DNA from: an uncultured Clostridia bacterium
GTDB lineage: Bacteria > Bacillota > Clostridia > Christensenellales > Borkfalkiaceae
Assembly (NCBI GenBank): GCA_944368215.1
Contig: CALVWX010000005.1
Coordinates: 32,481 to 96,480, forward strand
Direction: 5' to 3'
Length of the DNA stretch: 64,000 nt
Positions 33,738-42,884 of the stretch are shown piece by piece (within the stretch, counting starts at the first letter, position 1; each line of letters begins with the position of its first letter). The position numbers and the translations under genes were made by a program. A model generated the notes under the pieces. That model made no database searches. It saw only the letters and a program-made list of their open reading frames with translations, and was not told where the DNA came from.

Positions 33738-35339
33738 ATGGGAATTTTCATATCCGTTCAGAAAACTATCGAGTGCGTCGTCATCGCCGTGTTCTTTGCC
33801 TTCGCAATGCTGCTTTCTTCGGCTAAGCTTTTAGGAATACTTCAGTCATGCACGTACTCCAATAAAAAACTCATCACGTGGTCAAAGAAGAAGAGTAATT
33901 TAACGCTCGGCAGACACCTGCTTCTCGCCATGTGCTGTGTGCTCGCCTCGGCCGTGATCGCGCTCGCCTTTTCGTTTGCTGGCGAATGGGCTTCGGTTGT
34001 CAGCCTCGCGGCATACGTCATTTTCTTCGTGCTCTTCATTCTGGCCGATACCCGCCTGTCCCTCCGCAGTCCGGCAACGCTCACGCCACGCTTCGGCAGG
34101 CTCATGGCCTCAGTGTGGCTGGTCAATGCAATAATCGCATATCTCGCCGTAACGCTTTTAAACTTTGCAGACAGCCTGTGGGGCAATCCGCTATTTTCAG
34201 ATTTAAAATATGTAACGCTGGCAATTCTGCCGCTGTGCATGTTGCCCATAGTCTGCCTTGCAAACCTTCTCATTAAAATTTACGAAGTTCCCCGCAACGC
34301 CTGTTACGTCAAACAGGCAAAGGTAAAGCTGGCTTCGGCAAATCTCACGGTGGTGGGCATCACGGGCAGTTACGGCAAAACGAGCACCAAAAAAATTCTC
34401 TCCGCCATGCTTTCGGCAAAGTACAGGGTGCTTTCAACTCCCCGTTCCCACAACACGCCGCTCGGCGTTTCCAAGACGATAAACCAAGCCGATATCCCTT
34501 CGTACGACGTGTTTGTGGCCGAAATGGGCGCGCGCCATGTCGGCGACATAGCCGAGCTCTGCAAGCTCTGCCCGCCCGACTATTCCATAATCACGGGCAT
34601 CTGCCCCCAGCACCTCGAAAGTTTCGGCTCAATCGAAAACATAATAAAGGGCAAGGGCGAAATTCTGCAGAACACAAAAACCGCGGCCTTTATCGCCGCA
34701 GACTGTTACGAAAATTTTGCCTCATACCCCGGCAACAACATAAAATGCGACTGCGCAAGCGATATCAGGCCCGACTGCGAAGGCACAACCTTCACGCTTA
34801 CGATAGACGGCAACTCAAGGGAGGTTCGCACAAAACTTCTCGGCGCGCACGCCGCGCACAATATCGCGCTCTGCGCGCGCTGCGCATACGAAATGGGCGT
34901 TTCGTTCGATGATATATGCGCGGCAATCGGGCAGCTTGACTTTGTCGAGCACCGCCTTCAGCTGATAAAAAGCAACGGCGTTTACATTCTGGACGATGGT
35001 TACAACTCAAACGTCAAGGGGGCCGAAGCCGCTTTGGAGGTGCTAAAAACTTTCGGCGGCAAAAAGACGGTCGTCACGCCCGGCCTCGTCGAGCTCGGCA
35101 TACTCGACCGTCAGGAAAATCTGGCCCTCGGCGCAAAACTCGTCGGCTTCGACAACATTATTTTAGTGGGCGATACGCTCGTCGGCTATGTAAAGGAGGG
35201 CTACCTCGCGGCGGGCGGCGACCAAAACAATATCCGCACCGTGCCCACGCTGTTTGCGGCGGAAGAGGAAATAAGGGGCATCGTCGGCAAGGGCGACGCC
35301 GTGTTGTTTTTAAACGACCTTCCCGATATCTACGCTTAA
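33738..35339 (+). CDS. murF: MurF-type Mur ligase (UDP-MurNAc-tripeptide--D-Ala-D-Ala ligase-like) with N-terminal multi-TM segment
   Basis: The central and C-terminal Mur ligase domains are present (VVGITGSYGKTSTK, FVAEMGARHVGDI, IITGICPQHLESFGS, GAHAAHN, DDGYNSN). The first ~190 aa are 4-5 hydrophobic helices instead of the usual soluble MurF N-domain. It is adjacent to ddl. Confidence 0.7.
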   Translation: MGIFISVQKTIECVVIAVFFAFAMLLSSAKLLGILQSCTYSNKKLITWSKKKSNLTLGRHLLLAMCCVLASAVIALAFSFAGEWASVVSLAAYVIFFVLFILADTRLSLRSPATLTPRFGRLMASVWLVNAIIAYLAVTLLNFADSLWGNPLFSDLKYVTLAILPLCMLPIVCLANLLIKIYEVPRNACYVKQAKVKLASANLTVVGITGSYGKTSTKKILSAMLSAKYRVLSTPRSHNTPLGVSKTINQADIPSYDVFVAEMGARHVGDIAELCKLCPPDYSIITGICPQHLESFGSIENIIKGKGEILQNTKTAAFIAADCYENFASYPGNNIKCDCASDIRPDCEGTTFTLTIDGNSREVRTKLLGAHAAHNIALCARCAYEMGVSFDDICAAIGQLDFVEHRLQLIKSNGVYILDDGYNSNVKGAEAALEVLKTFGGKKTVVTPGLVELGILDRQENLALGAKLVGFDNIILVGDTLVGYVKEGYLAAGGDQNNIRTVPTLFAAEEEIRGIVGKGDAVLFLNDLPDIYA

Positions 35340-35400
35340 GCAACGAAAATTAATACATAAGAAACACCTAAGCAGACATTATCTTGCGGAGGTGTTTTTT

Positions 35401-36483
35401 ATGTGCAAAAATATAGTCGTCTTTTTCGGCGGCGCATCGTGCGAAAACGAAATTTCAATCATAACGGGCGCAATGGTCTGCAACGTGCTTAAAAATGGCG
35501 GGCAGAAAGTATATCCCGTCTACATAACGCAAGGGGGCGAATTTTTCTGCGCCGATTGCCTTGCCGATATCAAAAACTATTCAGACGGCCGCATTCCTGA
35601 AGCGCCGCGCGCCGCCTTTGAAAAGGGCAACCTGTTAGTGCTCTCCAAGCGCGGCAAAATTAAGGAGCGCGCGCCCGTTTACTGCGCCTTAAACTGCTGT
35701 CACGGCGGCTGGGGCGAAGGCGGGGGAATAAGCGGGCTGTGTCTTAGCATGTCCCTTCCGCTTGCCTCGGCGGGCGTCTTCGAAAGTTCCGCGCTCATGG
35801 ATAAATACCTTACAAAAATTATTTTAAAGGGCCTCGGCGTCCCCGCCGTCGAATACGTTTATTTAAGGGATATAAGCGGGGCAACGGCCATAAAAAATTT
35901 CCCCGTAATCGTCAAGCCCGCCCGCCTCGGCTCGAGCATAGGAGTGGAAAAAGCCGATAACCGCGAAGAGCTCATTTCCGCTTTAAAAACGGCCTTCGAA
36001 CTCGACAGCGCCGCCATAGTCGAGCGGTACATACAAAACCGCAGGGAAATAAACTGCGCCGCATACGCCGTCGGCGGCGAGGTGGTAACCTCTCCGTGCG
36101 AGGAGGTCTTCGGCGGAAGTCTTTTAAGCTACGACGACAAATATTCGGGAAGCGGCAGGCGCGCCTTCCCCGCAGACCTCCAAAAAGATATTTCCGAACG
36201 CATCCGCGGCATTACAAAAAATGTGTATTCCGCCCTCGGCATGCGCGGCATCGTGCGCTTTGATTTTATTCTCGAAGGCGACGATATCTACGTAAGCGAA
36301 ATAAACACCGTCCCCGGCTCGCTTTCGCAATATCTGCTGTCCCAAAATTACAGCGCCTTTTACAAGCTGTTGATGGCCCTGATAGATGATGCGCGCAAAG
36401 AGCACTCTTTGAACAATTCAAAACTGCTCATCAATACGGGCATTATCAACAATTTTGCCTCAAACGCTTGCAAGATAAAGTGA
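35401..36483 (+). CDS. ddl: D-alanine--D-alanine ligase
   Basis: ATG at 35401, 6 nt after GGAGGTG. MCKNIVVFFGGASCENEISIITG, ATP-grasp motifs (VIVKPARLGSSIGV, EINTVPGS). Confidence 0.9.
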   Translation: MCKNIVVFFGGASCENEISIITGAMVCNVLKNGGQKVYPVYITQGGEFFCADCLADIKNYSDGRIPEAPRAAFEKGNLLVLSKRGKIKERAPVYCALNCCHGGWGEGGGISGLCLSMSLPLASAGVFESSALMDKYLTKIILKGLGVPAVEYVYLRDISGATAIKNFPVIVKPARLGSSIGVEKADNREELISALKTAFELDSAAIVERYIQNRREINCAAYAVGGEVVTSPCEEVFGGSLLSYDDKYSGSGRRAFPADLQKDISERIRGITKNVYSALGMRGIVRFDFILEGDDIYVSEINTVPGSLSQYLLSQNYSAFYKLLMALIDDARKEHSLNNSKLLINTGIINNFASNACKIK

Positions 36484-36527
36484 TATTGTAGTAAAATAAT
36501 TACAAACTACAATTTCAGGAGACAAAA

Positions 36528-37733
36528 ATGGAAAAAATCCGCATGACCACCCCCATAGTCGAAATGGACGGCGACGAAATGACCCGCGTCCTCTGGCAAT
36601 GGATAAAGGAGCTGTTAATCGAGCCGTACGTAGACCTTAAAACCGAGTACTACGACCTCGGCTTAAGGGAGCGCGACGCCACCGACGACGCCGTAACCGT
36701 AGCCTCGGCTCAGGCGACGAAAAAGTGGGGCGTGGCCGTAAAATGCGCAACCATAACTCCCAACGCCCAGCGCGTCGAAGAATACCACCTCAAAAAAATG
36801 TGGAAGTCGCCAAACGGCACCATCCGCCGCATACTCGACGGCACCGTTTTCCGCGCGCCCATTCTCGTCGACGGCATAACGCCCTACGTCCCCGGCTGGA
36901 AGAAACCCATCGTTCTCGCCCGCCACGCCTACGGCGACATTTACAACTCCGTCGAAGCGAGGGTGGAAGAGGGCGGCACGGCTTACCTTGTCGTGTGCGA
37001 TAAAGACGGCAACGAAGTCTCCCGCCGGACCATTCATTCCTTCGATGGCGACGGCATAGTGCAGGGCGCACACAATCTCGATAAGTCCATCGCGTCGTTT
37101 GCGCGCAGCTGTTTCAACTACGCGCTCGATTATAAAATTCCCGTGTGGTTCGGCGCCAAGGATACCATATCCAAAACATACGATCACCGCTTCAAGGACA
37201 TTTTCAACGAAATTTACCAAACCGAATACGCCGCAAAGTTCGAAGAGGCAAATATCTATTTCCTCTATACCCTCATAGACGACGTCGTCGCAAGGGTTAT
37301 GCGCAGCGAGGGCGGAATGCTCTGGGCGTGCAAAAATTACGACGGCGACGTAATGAGCGATATGGTCGCCACGGCCTACGGCTCGCTTGGCATGATGAGT
37401 TCGGTGCTCGTCTCGCCCGACGGCAACTATGAATTCGAAGCCGCCCACGGCACCGTTACGAGGCACTATTATAAGCACTTAAAGGGGGAGGAAACTTCCA
37501 CCAACTCCGTGGCCACAATATGGGCGTGGACGGGTGCCCTTGCAAAGCGCGGCGAGCTCGACGGCAATCAGCCCTTGGTCGACTTCGCCAAAAAGCTCGA
37601 AAAAGCCACAATCGACACGATAGAATCGGGCTATATGACGGGCGATCTCATTCCCATGTTCAAAAAGGAGGGCATAACGCCCGTAAAACTCAACTCCCGC
37701 CGGTTCCTCGAAAAAATCGCCGAAAAATTGTAA
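36528..37733 (+). CDS. icd: NADP-dependent isocitrate dehydrogenase (eukaryote-like/type II subfamily)
   Basis: 401 aa. [15 protein letters not shown]...[13 protein letters not shown]...KCATITPN...GTVTRHY is diagnostic of the IDH1/2-like subfamily. Confidence 0.92.
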   Translation: MEKIRMTTPIVEMDGDEMTRVLWQWIKELLIEPYVDLKTEYYDLGLRERDATDDAVTVASAQATKKWGVAVKCATITPNAQRVEEYHLKKMWKSPNGTIRRILDGTVFRAPILVDGITPYVPGWKKPIVLARHAYGDIYNSVEARVEEGGTAYLVVCDKDGNEVSRRTIHSFDGDGIVQGAHNLDKSIASFARSCFNYALDYKIPVWFGAKDTISKTYDHRFKDIFNEIYQTEYAAKFEEANIYFLYTLIDDVVARVMRSEGGMLWACKNYDGDVMSDMVATAYGSLGMMSSVLVSPDGNYEFEAAHGTVTRHYYKHLKGEETSTNSVATIWAWTGALAKRGELDGNQPLVDFAKKLEKATIDTIESGYMTGDLIPMFKKEGITPVKLNSRRFLEKIAEKL

Positions 37734-37808
37734 AAATAAAAAATGCAAATAAAAATACGGCATAAAAAAGAGCGCATAGGCGCTCTTTTTTTGTGCCCGC
37801 CGCGCCCT

Positions 37809-37856
37809 GTCATCCTGAGCAGCCCGCCAAGGGCGGGCGTCGCCGAAGGATCCTGC
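37809..37856. repeat. Family A short copy
   Basis: GTCATCCTGAGCAGCCCGCCAAGGGCGGGCGTCGCCGAAGGATCCTGC. Confidence 0.65.
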
Positions 37857-37950
37857 ACATACAAAGCGCAAGCCTTTGCCCGTCATACAAAGCAGAACCT
37901 CGCCAAACGACATCAAGCCCAATTTTTCACAATAATCCGATAATTTTTTA

Positions 37951-37979
37951 TTGATATTTGATTATTTATATGATATAAT
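37951..37979 (+). promoter_or_regulatory. Sigma-A promoter (extended -10) for the hydrogenase operon
   Basis: TTGATA(37951-37956)-17 nt-TATAAT(37974-37979) with TGA just upstream of the -10. A perfect 19-bp palindrome ATATGATATAATATCATAT (37968-37986) overlaps the -10. Confidence 0.6.
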
Positions 37980-38049
37980 ATCATATGTTGTTGGCATAAG
38001 TTATATAGTTTTGTCAAAGCTGACTTAAAGCATATGATAGGAGGTTGTT

Positions 38050-38547
38050 ATGAAGCAATGTGAAGGCACTTTGGGCACGGCGGAACAAGCCGCAAAGCTC
38101 AAGGCTGTCATAGAGCAATCGCGCTCTACCCCCGGCTGTCTCATGCACATTCTGCAGGAGGCGCAGTCCATTTACGGTTACCTGCCCCTGCCCGTGCAGA
38201 AGACCATCGCCGAAGGTCTCAATATTTCCCTCTCGGAAGTTTACGGCGTCGCCACTTTTTATTCGCAGTTTTCCTTGAAGCCCAAGGGCAAGTATAAAAT
38301 ATCCGTCTGCCTCGGCACGGCGTGCTATGTAAAGGGCTCGGATAAAATTCTGCAGGAAGTCGAAAAGGAGCTGGGCATCAAGTGCGGCGAATGCACCGAA
38401 GACGGCCTGTTCTCAATCGACAGCTGCCGCTGCGTCGGCGCGTGCGGCCTCGCTCCCGTAATGATGATTAACGAGGACGTCCACGGCAGATTAAAGCCCG
38501 AAATGGTAAAAGGCATTCTCGACGGCTACAGGAGGGAGAAGAAATGA
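38050..38547 (+). CDS. hydC: [FeFe] hydrogenase NuoE-like 2Fe-2S subunit (HydC/HndA)
   Basis: 165 aa with NuoE/thioredoxin-like [2Fe-2S] cysteines (CLGTAC ... CRCVGAC). It is the first gene of the hydCBA-type cluster. Confidence 0.88.
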   Translation: MKQCEGTLGTAEQAAKLKAVIEQSRSTPGCLMHILQEAQSIYGYLPLPVQKTIAEGLNISLSEVYGVATFYSQFSLKPKGKYKISVCLGTACYVKGSDKILQEVEKELGIKCGECTEDGLFSIDSCRCVGACGLAPVMMINEDVHGRLKPEMVKGILDGYRREKK

Positions 38548-40436
38548 CGATAAAAGAAATCGACAACATCCGCGCCAAAAAGAAAGCGCTCATCGACGTC
38601 CGCCGCGTCGTCCGCGAACAGGGCGAAAAGCTTGCAAAACAGACGGGCTACAGAAAACAGGTTCTCGTCTGCGGCGGCACGGGCTGCACGTCTTCGCACT
38701 CCATGAAGGTCATCGAGCAGCTCGAAAAATCAATAAAAGAACTCGGCCTCGACGACGTTTTAATAGTAAAAACGGGCTGCTTCGGTCTGTGCTCGCTCGG
38801 CCCCATAATGATTGTCTATCCCGAAGGCGCTTTCTACGCCCAGATGACGCCCGAGCACGCTAAAACCGTCGCGGAAACGCACCTCGTCAAGGGCGGCGCC
38901 ATCGTTAAAGAACTGCTCTATCAGGGCACGGTTGCCAAGGACGGCTCCATAATCCCCTTTGCCGAAACGCCCTTCTATAAAAAGCAGATGCGCATAGCTT
39001 TAAGAAACTGCGGCGTCATCGCTCCCGAAGATATCGAAGAGGCCATCGCCGCGGGCGACTATTCCGCTCTCGAAAAGGTGCTTACATCCATGACCCCCGA
39101 CGACGTAATAAACGAAGTCTCCGCTTCGGGCCTGCGCGGCCGCGGCGGCGCGGGATTCCCCACAGGCCGCAAATGGTCGTTTGCCAAGGCCTCGCAGGGC
39201 GACATAAAATACGTCGTCTGCAACGCCGACGAAGGCGACCCCGGCGCGTTCATGGACCGCTCCGTACTCGAAGGCGACCCCCATTGCGTGCTTGAGGCCA
39301 TGTCGATAGCCGGCTATGCCATCGGCGCGCATCAGGGCTACATATACGTGCGCGCGGAATATCCCGTCGCCGTACACCGTTTGCAGATAGCAATAGAACA
39401 GGCCCGCAACTACGGCCTGCTCGGCAAGAATATTTTAGGTCAGGGCTTTGATTTCGATATCGAAATCCGCCTCGGCGCGGGCGCGTTCGTCTGCGGCGAG
39501 GAAACCGCGCTTTTAACTTCCATCGAAGGTCACCGCGGCGAGCCCCGCCCCCGTCCGCCCTTCCCCGCGGTAAAGGGCCTTTTCGACAAGCCCACTATAA
39601 TTAATAACGTTGAAACGTGGGCAAATATCAACCCCATCATAGTCAACGGCGCGGCGTGGTTCGCCCGCATAGGCACAAGAACTTCCGCCGGCACAAAGGT
39701 ATTCGCCCTCGGCGGCAAAATAACCAACGTCGGTCTCGTCGAAGTCCCCATGGGTACGACATTGCGCGAAATAGTTGAAGAGATTGGCGGAGGAATCCCG
39801 GGCGGCAAAAAATTTAAAGCCGCTCAGACGGGCGGTCCTTCTGGAGGCTGTATCCCAGCCGAGTGCATCGACACTCCCATAGACTACGATTCTCTCCTCG
39901 CCATAGGCTCCATGATGGGCTCGGGCGGCATGATAATTCTGGACGAAGACGACTGCATGGTCGATATCTCCAAATTCTACCTCGAATTCACCGCCGACGA
40001 AAGCTGCGGAAAATGCACCCCCTGCCGCATAGGCACCAAAAGGCTTTTGCAGCTTTTAACAAAAATTACCGAAGGCAAGGGCGAACCCGAGGATCTCGTA
40101 AAAATAGAAGAACTCGCATCCCACATGAAGCAGTCGTCGCTCTGCGCCCTCGGCCAGTCGGCCCCCAATCCCATATTGTCGACATTGCGCTATTTCCGTC
40201 AGGAATACGTGGACCATATCGAAAGCAAGCGTTGTGATGCGGGTGTATGTAAGGCGCTCCTTACTTACTCGATTGACCCCGAAAAATGTCGCGGCTGCAC
40301 GCTATGCGCGCGCAACTGTCCCACGCACGCCATCACCGGCAAAGTGCGCGAGGCACACGTCATCGACAAAGATATCTGCATAAAATGCGGCCTGTGCCTT
40401 ACAAACTGCAAGTTCGGCGCGGTGGTAAGGAATTGA
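38544..40436 (+). CDS. hydB: [FeFe] hydrogenase NuoF-like flavoprotein subunit (HydB/HndC)
   Basis: 630 aa with an N-terminal 2Fe-2S thioredoxin-like domain, NuoF FMN/NADH motifs (GLRGRGGAGFPTGRKW, CNADEGDPGAF), ESCGKCTPCR, and a C-terminal 2x[4Fe-4S] ferredoxin domain. Confidence 0.92.
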   Translation: MTIKEIDNIRAKKKALIDVRRVVREQGEKLAKQTGYRKQVLVCGGTGCTSSHSMKVIEQLEKSIKELGLDDVLIVKTGCFGLCSLGPIMIVYPEGAFYAQMTPEHAKTVAETHLVKGGAIVKELLYQGTVAKDGSIIPFAETPFYKKQMRIALRNCGVIAPEDIEEAIAAGDYSALEKVLTSMTPDDVINEVSASGLRGRGGAGFPTGRKWSFAKASQGDIKYVVCNADEGDPGAFMDRSVLEGDPHCVLEAMSIAGYAIGAHQGYIYVRAEYPVAVHRLQIAIEQARNYGLLGKNILGQGFDFDIEIRLGAGAFVCGEETALLTSIEGHRGEPRPRPPFPAVKGLFDKPTIINNVETWANINPIIVNGAAWFARIGTRTSAGTKVFALGGKITNVGLVEVPMGTTLREIVEEIGGGIPGGKKFKAAQTGGPSGGCIPAECIDTPIDYDSLLAIGSMMGSGGMIILDEDDCMVDISKFYLEFTADESCGKCTPCRIGTKRLLQLLTKITEGKGEPEDLVKIEELASHMKQSSLCALGQSAPNPILSTLRYFRQEYVDHIESKRCDAGVCKALLTYSIDPEKCRGCTLCARNCPTHAITGKVREAHVIDKDICIKCGLCLTNCKFGAVVRN

Positions 40437-40446
40437 GGTGAATAAA

Positions 40447-42177
40447 ATGGCTAAAGACGTAACACTTACAATAAATAACATTTCAGTCACCGTTCCCGAA
40501 GGAACGACCATACTCGAAGCGGCGCGCAAGGCCCATATAGTCATTCCCACGCTCTGCTATTTAAAGGATGTCTCCTGCGTCGGTTCCTGCCGAATGTGTG
40601 TGGTAGAGGCAACGGGTGCGCGCGGTCTCGTCGCCGCCTGCGTCTATCCCGTGGCAGAGGGAATGGAAGTGCGTACCAACACGCAAAAATGCCGCGAAAG
40701 CCGCAAAATGACGCTCGAACTTCTCCTCTCCAAGCATAAAAAGAAGTGCCTGTCCTGCGAAAGGAACCACAACTGCGAACTGCAGAAGCTCTCTCTGGGC
40801 TACGGCGTGGACGAAGACAGGTTCAAGGGCGAAGACTTCGTTCTCCCCATAGACGATTCCGCGCCCTACGTCGTGCGCGATAACGACAAGTGCATAAACT
40901 GCATGCGCTGTGTCGCCGCCTGCCGCAAACAGCACGTAAACGCCATCGGTCCCATCGGCCGCGGCTTCAACGTTCACATAGGCAGCGCGTTCGACATGCC
41001 GCTTATGGAATCGGTCTGCGTCGGATGCGGCCAGTGCATAGTCGCCTGCCCCGTCGGCGCCCTTTCGGAGCGCTCCACAATAGACGAAGTCTGGAACGCC
41101 TTCGCCGACCCCACCAAAAAGGTCGTGTTCTTCACGGCACCCTCCGTGCGCGCGACCCTCGGCGAAGCCTTCGATATGCCAATCGGCACCAATGTTGAAG
41201 GCAAAATGGTCGCCGCAATCCGCCGCCTCGGCCCCTGCGAAGTGTTCAATATGGACGTCACCGCAGACCTGACGATAATGGAGGAAGCGTCCGAACTCAT
41301 CAACCGCATTAAAACGGGCAAACCCATGCCCATGTTCACGTCCTGCTGTCCCGCGTGGGTAAAATTCGTAGAGCAGAAGTATCCCGAAATGATACCCAAC
41401 CTCTCAACGTGCAAGTCCCCCCAGCAGATGTTCGGCGCACTCTTAAAAACCTACTGGTGCGAAAAACACCACATCCGCCCCGAGGATTTGTTCACCGTCT
41501 CCGTCATTCCATGCACGGCTAAAAAATACGAATGTCACCGCACCGAAATGGAGGGCGAAGTCAACGCCGCAATCACCACGCGCGAGCTCGCGCGCATGAT
41601 TAAAACGGCGGGCATTGAGTTCACCAAACTTCCCGACGAAGAATTCGACAATCCTTTCTCCACGGCAACGGGCGGCGGCACCATATTCGGCGCAACGGGC
41701 GGCGTAATGGAGGCGGCCCTGCGCACGGCCGCGCACATGCTCGACGGCAATTTTGAAGTGCTCGATTTCTTCGCCGTACGCGGCTCCAACCCCATAAAAG
41801 AAGCCACTTATCTCGTGGCGGGCCACACATTAAAAGTTGCGGTTGCCTCCGGTCTCGAAAACGCCGTAAATTTGCTCGAACAAATCAAATCGGGCGAAAA
41901 GAAGTACGACTTTATCGAAATCATGGCCTGCCCCGGCGGCTGTGTAAACGGCGGCGGCCAGCCCACCCTTTCAGACAGCGTCCGCAACTCAACGGATATA
42001 AACTTAAAGGAAGCCCGCGCAAAGGTGCTGTACCTTTCGGACGGCCATGCCGAACTTCGCCGTTCTTCCAATTCGCCCGTAATGGATATGCTGTACGAAG
42101 ATTACTTCATCTTCCCCAACAGCCACAAGGCACATGAAGTTCTTCATACAAATTATAAGGAAGATAAACGAATCTGA
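40447..42177 (+). CDS. hydA: [FeFe] hydrogenase catalytic subunit HydA (group A3-like, bifurcating-type context)
   Basis: ATG at 40447 after GAGGTG. N-terminal 2Fe-2S and 4Fe-4S domains. H-cluster motifs FTSCCPAWV, VIPCTAKKYE, EIMACPGGCVNGGGQP. Confidence 0.93.
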   Translation: MAKDVTLTINNISVTVPEGTTILEAARKAHIVIPTLCYLKDVSCVGSCRMCVVEATGARGLVAACVYPVAEGMEVRTNTQKCRESRKMTLELLLSKHKKKCLSCERNHNCELQKLSLGYGVDEDRFKGEDFVLPIDDSAPYVVRDNDKCINCMRCVAACRKQHVNAIGPIGRGFNVHIGSAFDMPLMESVCVGCGQCIVACPVGALSERSTIDEVWNAFADPTKKVVFFTAPSVRATLGEAFDMPIGTNVEGKMVAAIRRLGPCEVFNMDVTADLTIMEEASELINRIKTGKPMPMFTSCCPAWVKFVEQKYPEMIPNLSTCKSPQQMFGALLKTYWCEKHHIRPEDLFTVSVIPCTAKKYECHRTEMEGEVNAAITTRELARMIKTAGIEFTKLPDEEFDNPFSTATGGGTIFGATGGVMEAALRTAAHMLDGNFEVLDFFAVRGSNPIKEATYLVAGHTLKVAVASGLENAVNLLEQIKSGEKKYDFIEIMACPGGCVNGGGQPTLSDSVRNSTDINLKEARAKVLYLSDGHAELRRSSNSPVMDMLYEDYFIFPNSHKAHEVLHTNYKEDKRI

Positions 42178-42349
42178 TAAACTTAAACGCAAAATAGTTT
42201 TACTCCCGTTGAAAACAACGGGAGTATTATTTTGCCTCCGTTCAGAATGACAAAGGCGCTGCCTGCCCTCATTGTTGGCCGCAAGAATGGCAGGCCATTG
42301 CGCGGCGGCGAGATTGCGGAGTTCAGATGCAACGGTACGTTGCCCCGTT

Positions 42350-42515
42350 GTCATACTGAGCGTCGAGCAACGCTGTTCTTCAAACAGTGTATACCCACTG
42401 TTTGAGCGTTGTGAGATGAGCGAGGGCATCAGGCCGCCCGAGTGGTGACCGAGTGCGGCGCTGTCCTTACGACGCGCGAGAAAGTGCGAAATGTCGCAGT
42501 CGAACGTATCTCGCA
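42350..42515. repeat. Family A-related copy with a divergent interior
   Basis: GTCATACTGAGCGTCGAGC... at the left and ...TGTCGCAGTCGAACGTATCTCGC at the right. A further right-end fragment GTTCAGAATGAC lies at about 42239-42250. Confidence 0.55.
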
Positions 42516-42627
42516 CGGCAACCGCGCGGACAATGGGGGACGGTTAAAGAGTGTCTTGCATGATACAAAACCGTACGTCAGCGGCGACACGCCGCCGAAC
42601 CCGCCGTAAAATATTTTTACAATTCGC

Positions 42628-42656
42628 TTGACAATAAAAACGCGTTATGATATCAT
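42628..42656 (+). promoter_or_regulatory. Sigma-A promoter (extended -10) for a ~220-nt leader upstream of the CNNM/CorC gene
   Basis: TTGACA(42628-42633)-17 nt-TATCAT(42651-42656) with TGA upstream of the -10. The leader contains a terminator-like hairpin plus U-tract at about 42751-42790. Confidence 0.55.
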
Positions 42657-42884
42657 ATATCCAACAGGAGGATTTAAGCATAGTGGACGACAGCCCAAGT
42701 AGCGTGCCCCGATGTGCGTACATTTTAATACTTGATTTTGCCGAACATAACTTTTCTGCGCCAAAGGCAGAGGGGTTGTGTTTTTGTGTTGTAAAAAAGT
42801 AAAAGATAAATAAAAAAATCCACAAATTTTTTACTTCCACAATGCGCGCAAAATCAACCGTGCGCGCTGTATGCTAAACTTATC

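Noticed and set aside
37921-38049. Rex operator at the hydrogenase promoter
   Set aside because: No TTGTGAA/TTGTTAA-N4-6-TTCACAA/TTAACAA-type dyad is present. The only dyad has a different sequence.
42663-42884. M-box (Mg) or yybP-ykoY (Mn) riboswitch upstream of the CorC-family gene
   Set aside because: I could not find the conserved cores (e.g. GGGGAGUAG for yybP-ykoY; GGUGAGGC / GCUGCCC.AAA...GGGUCAAC for M-box). The leader is also too short for an M-box. It is kept as an unclassified leader instead.
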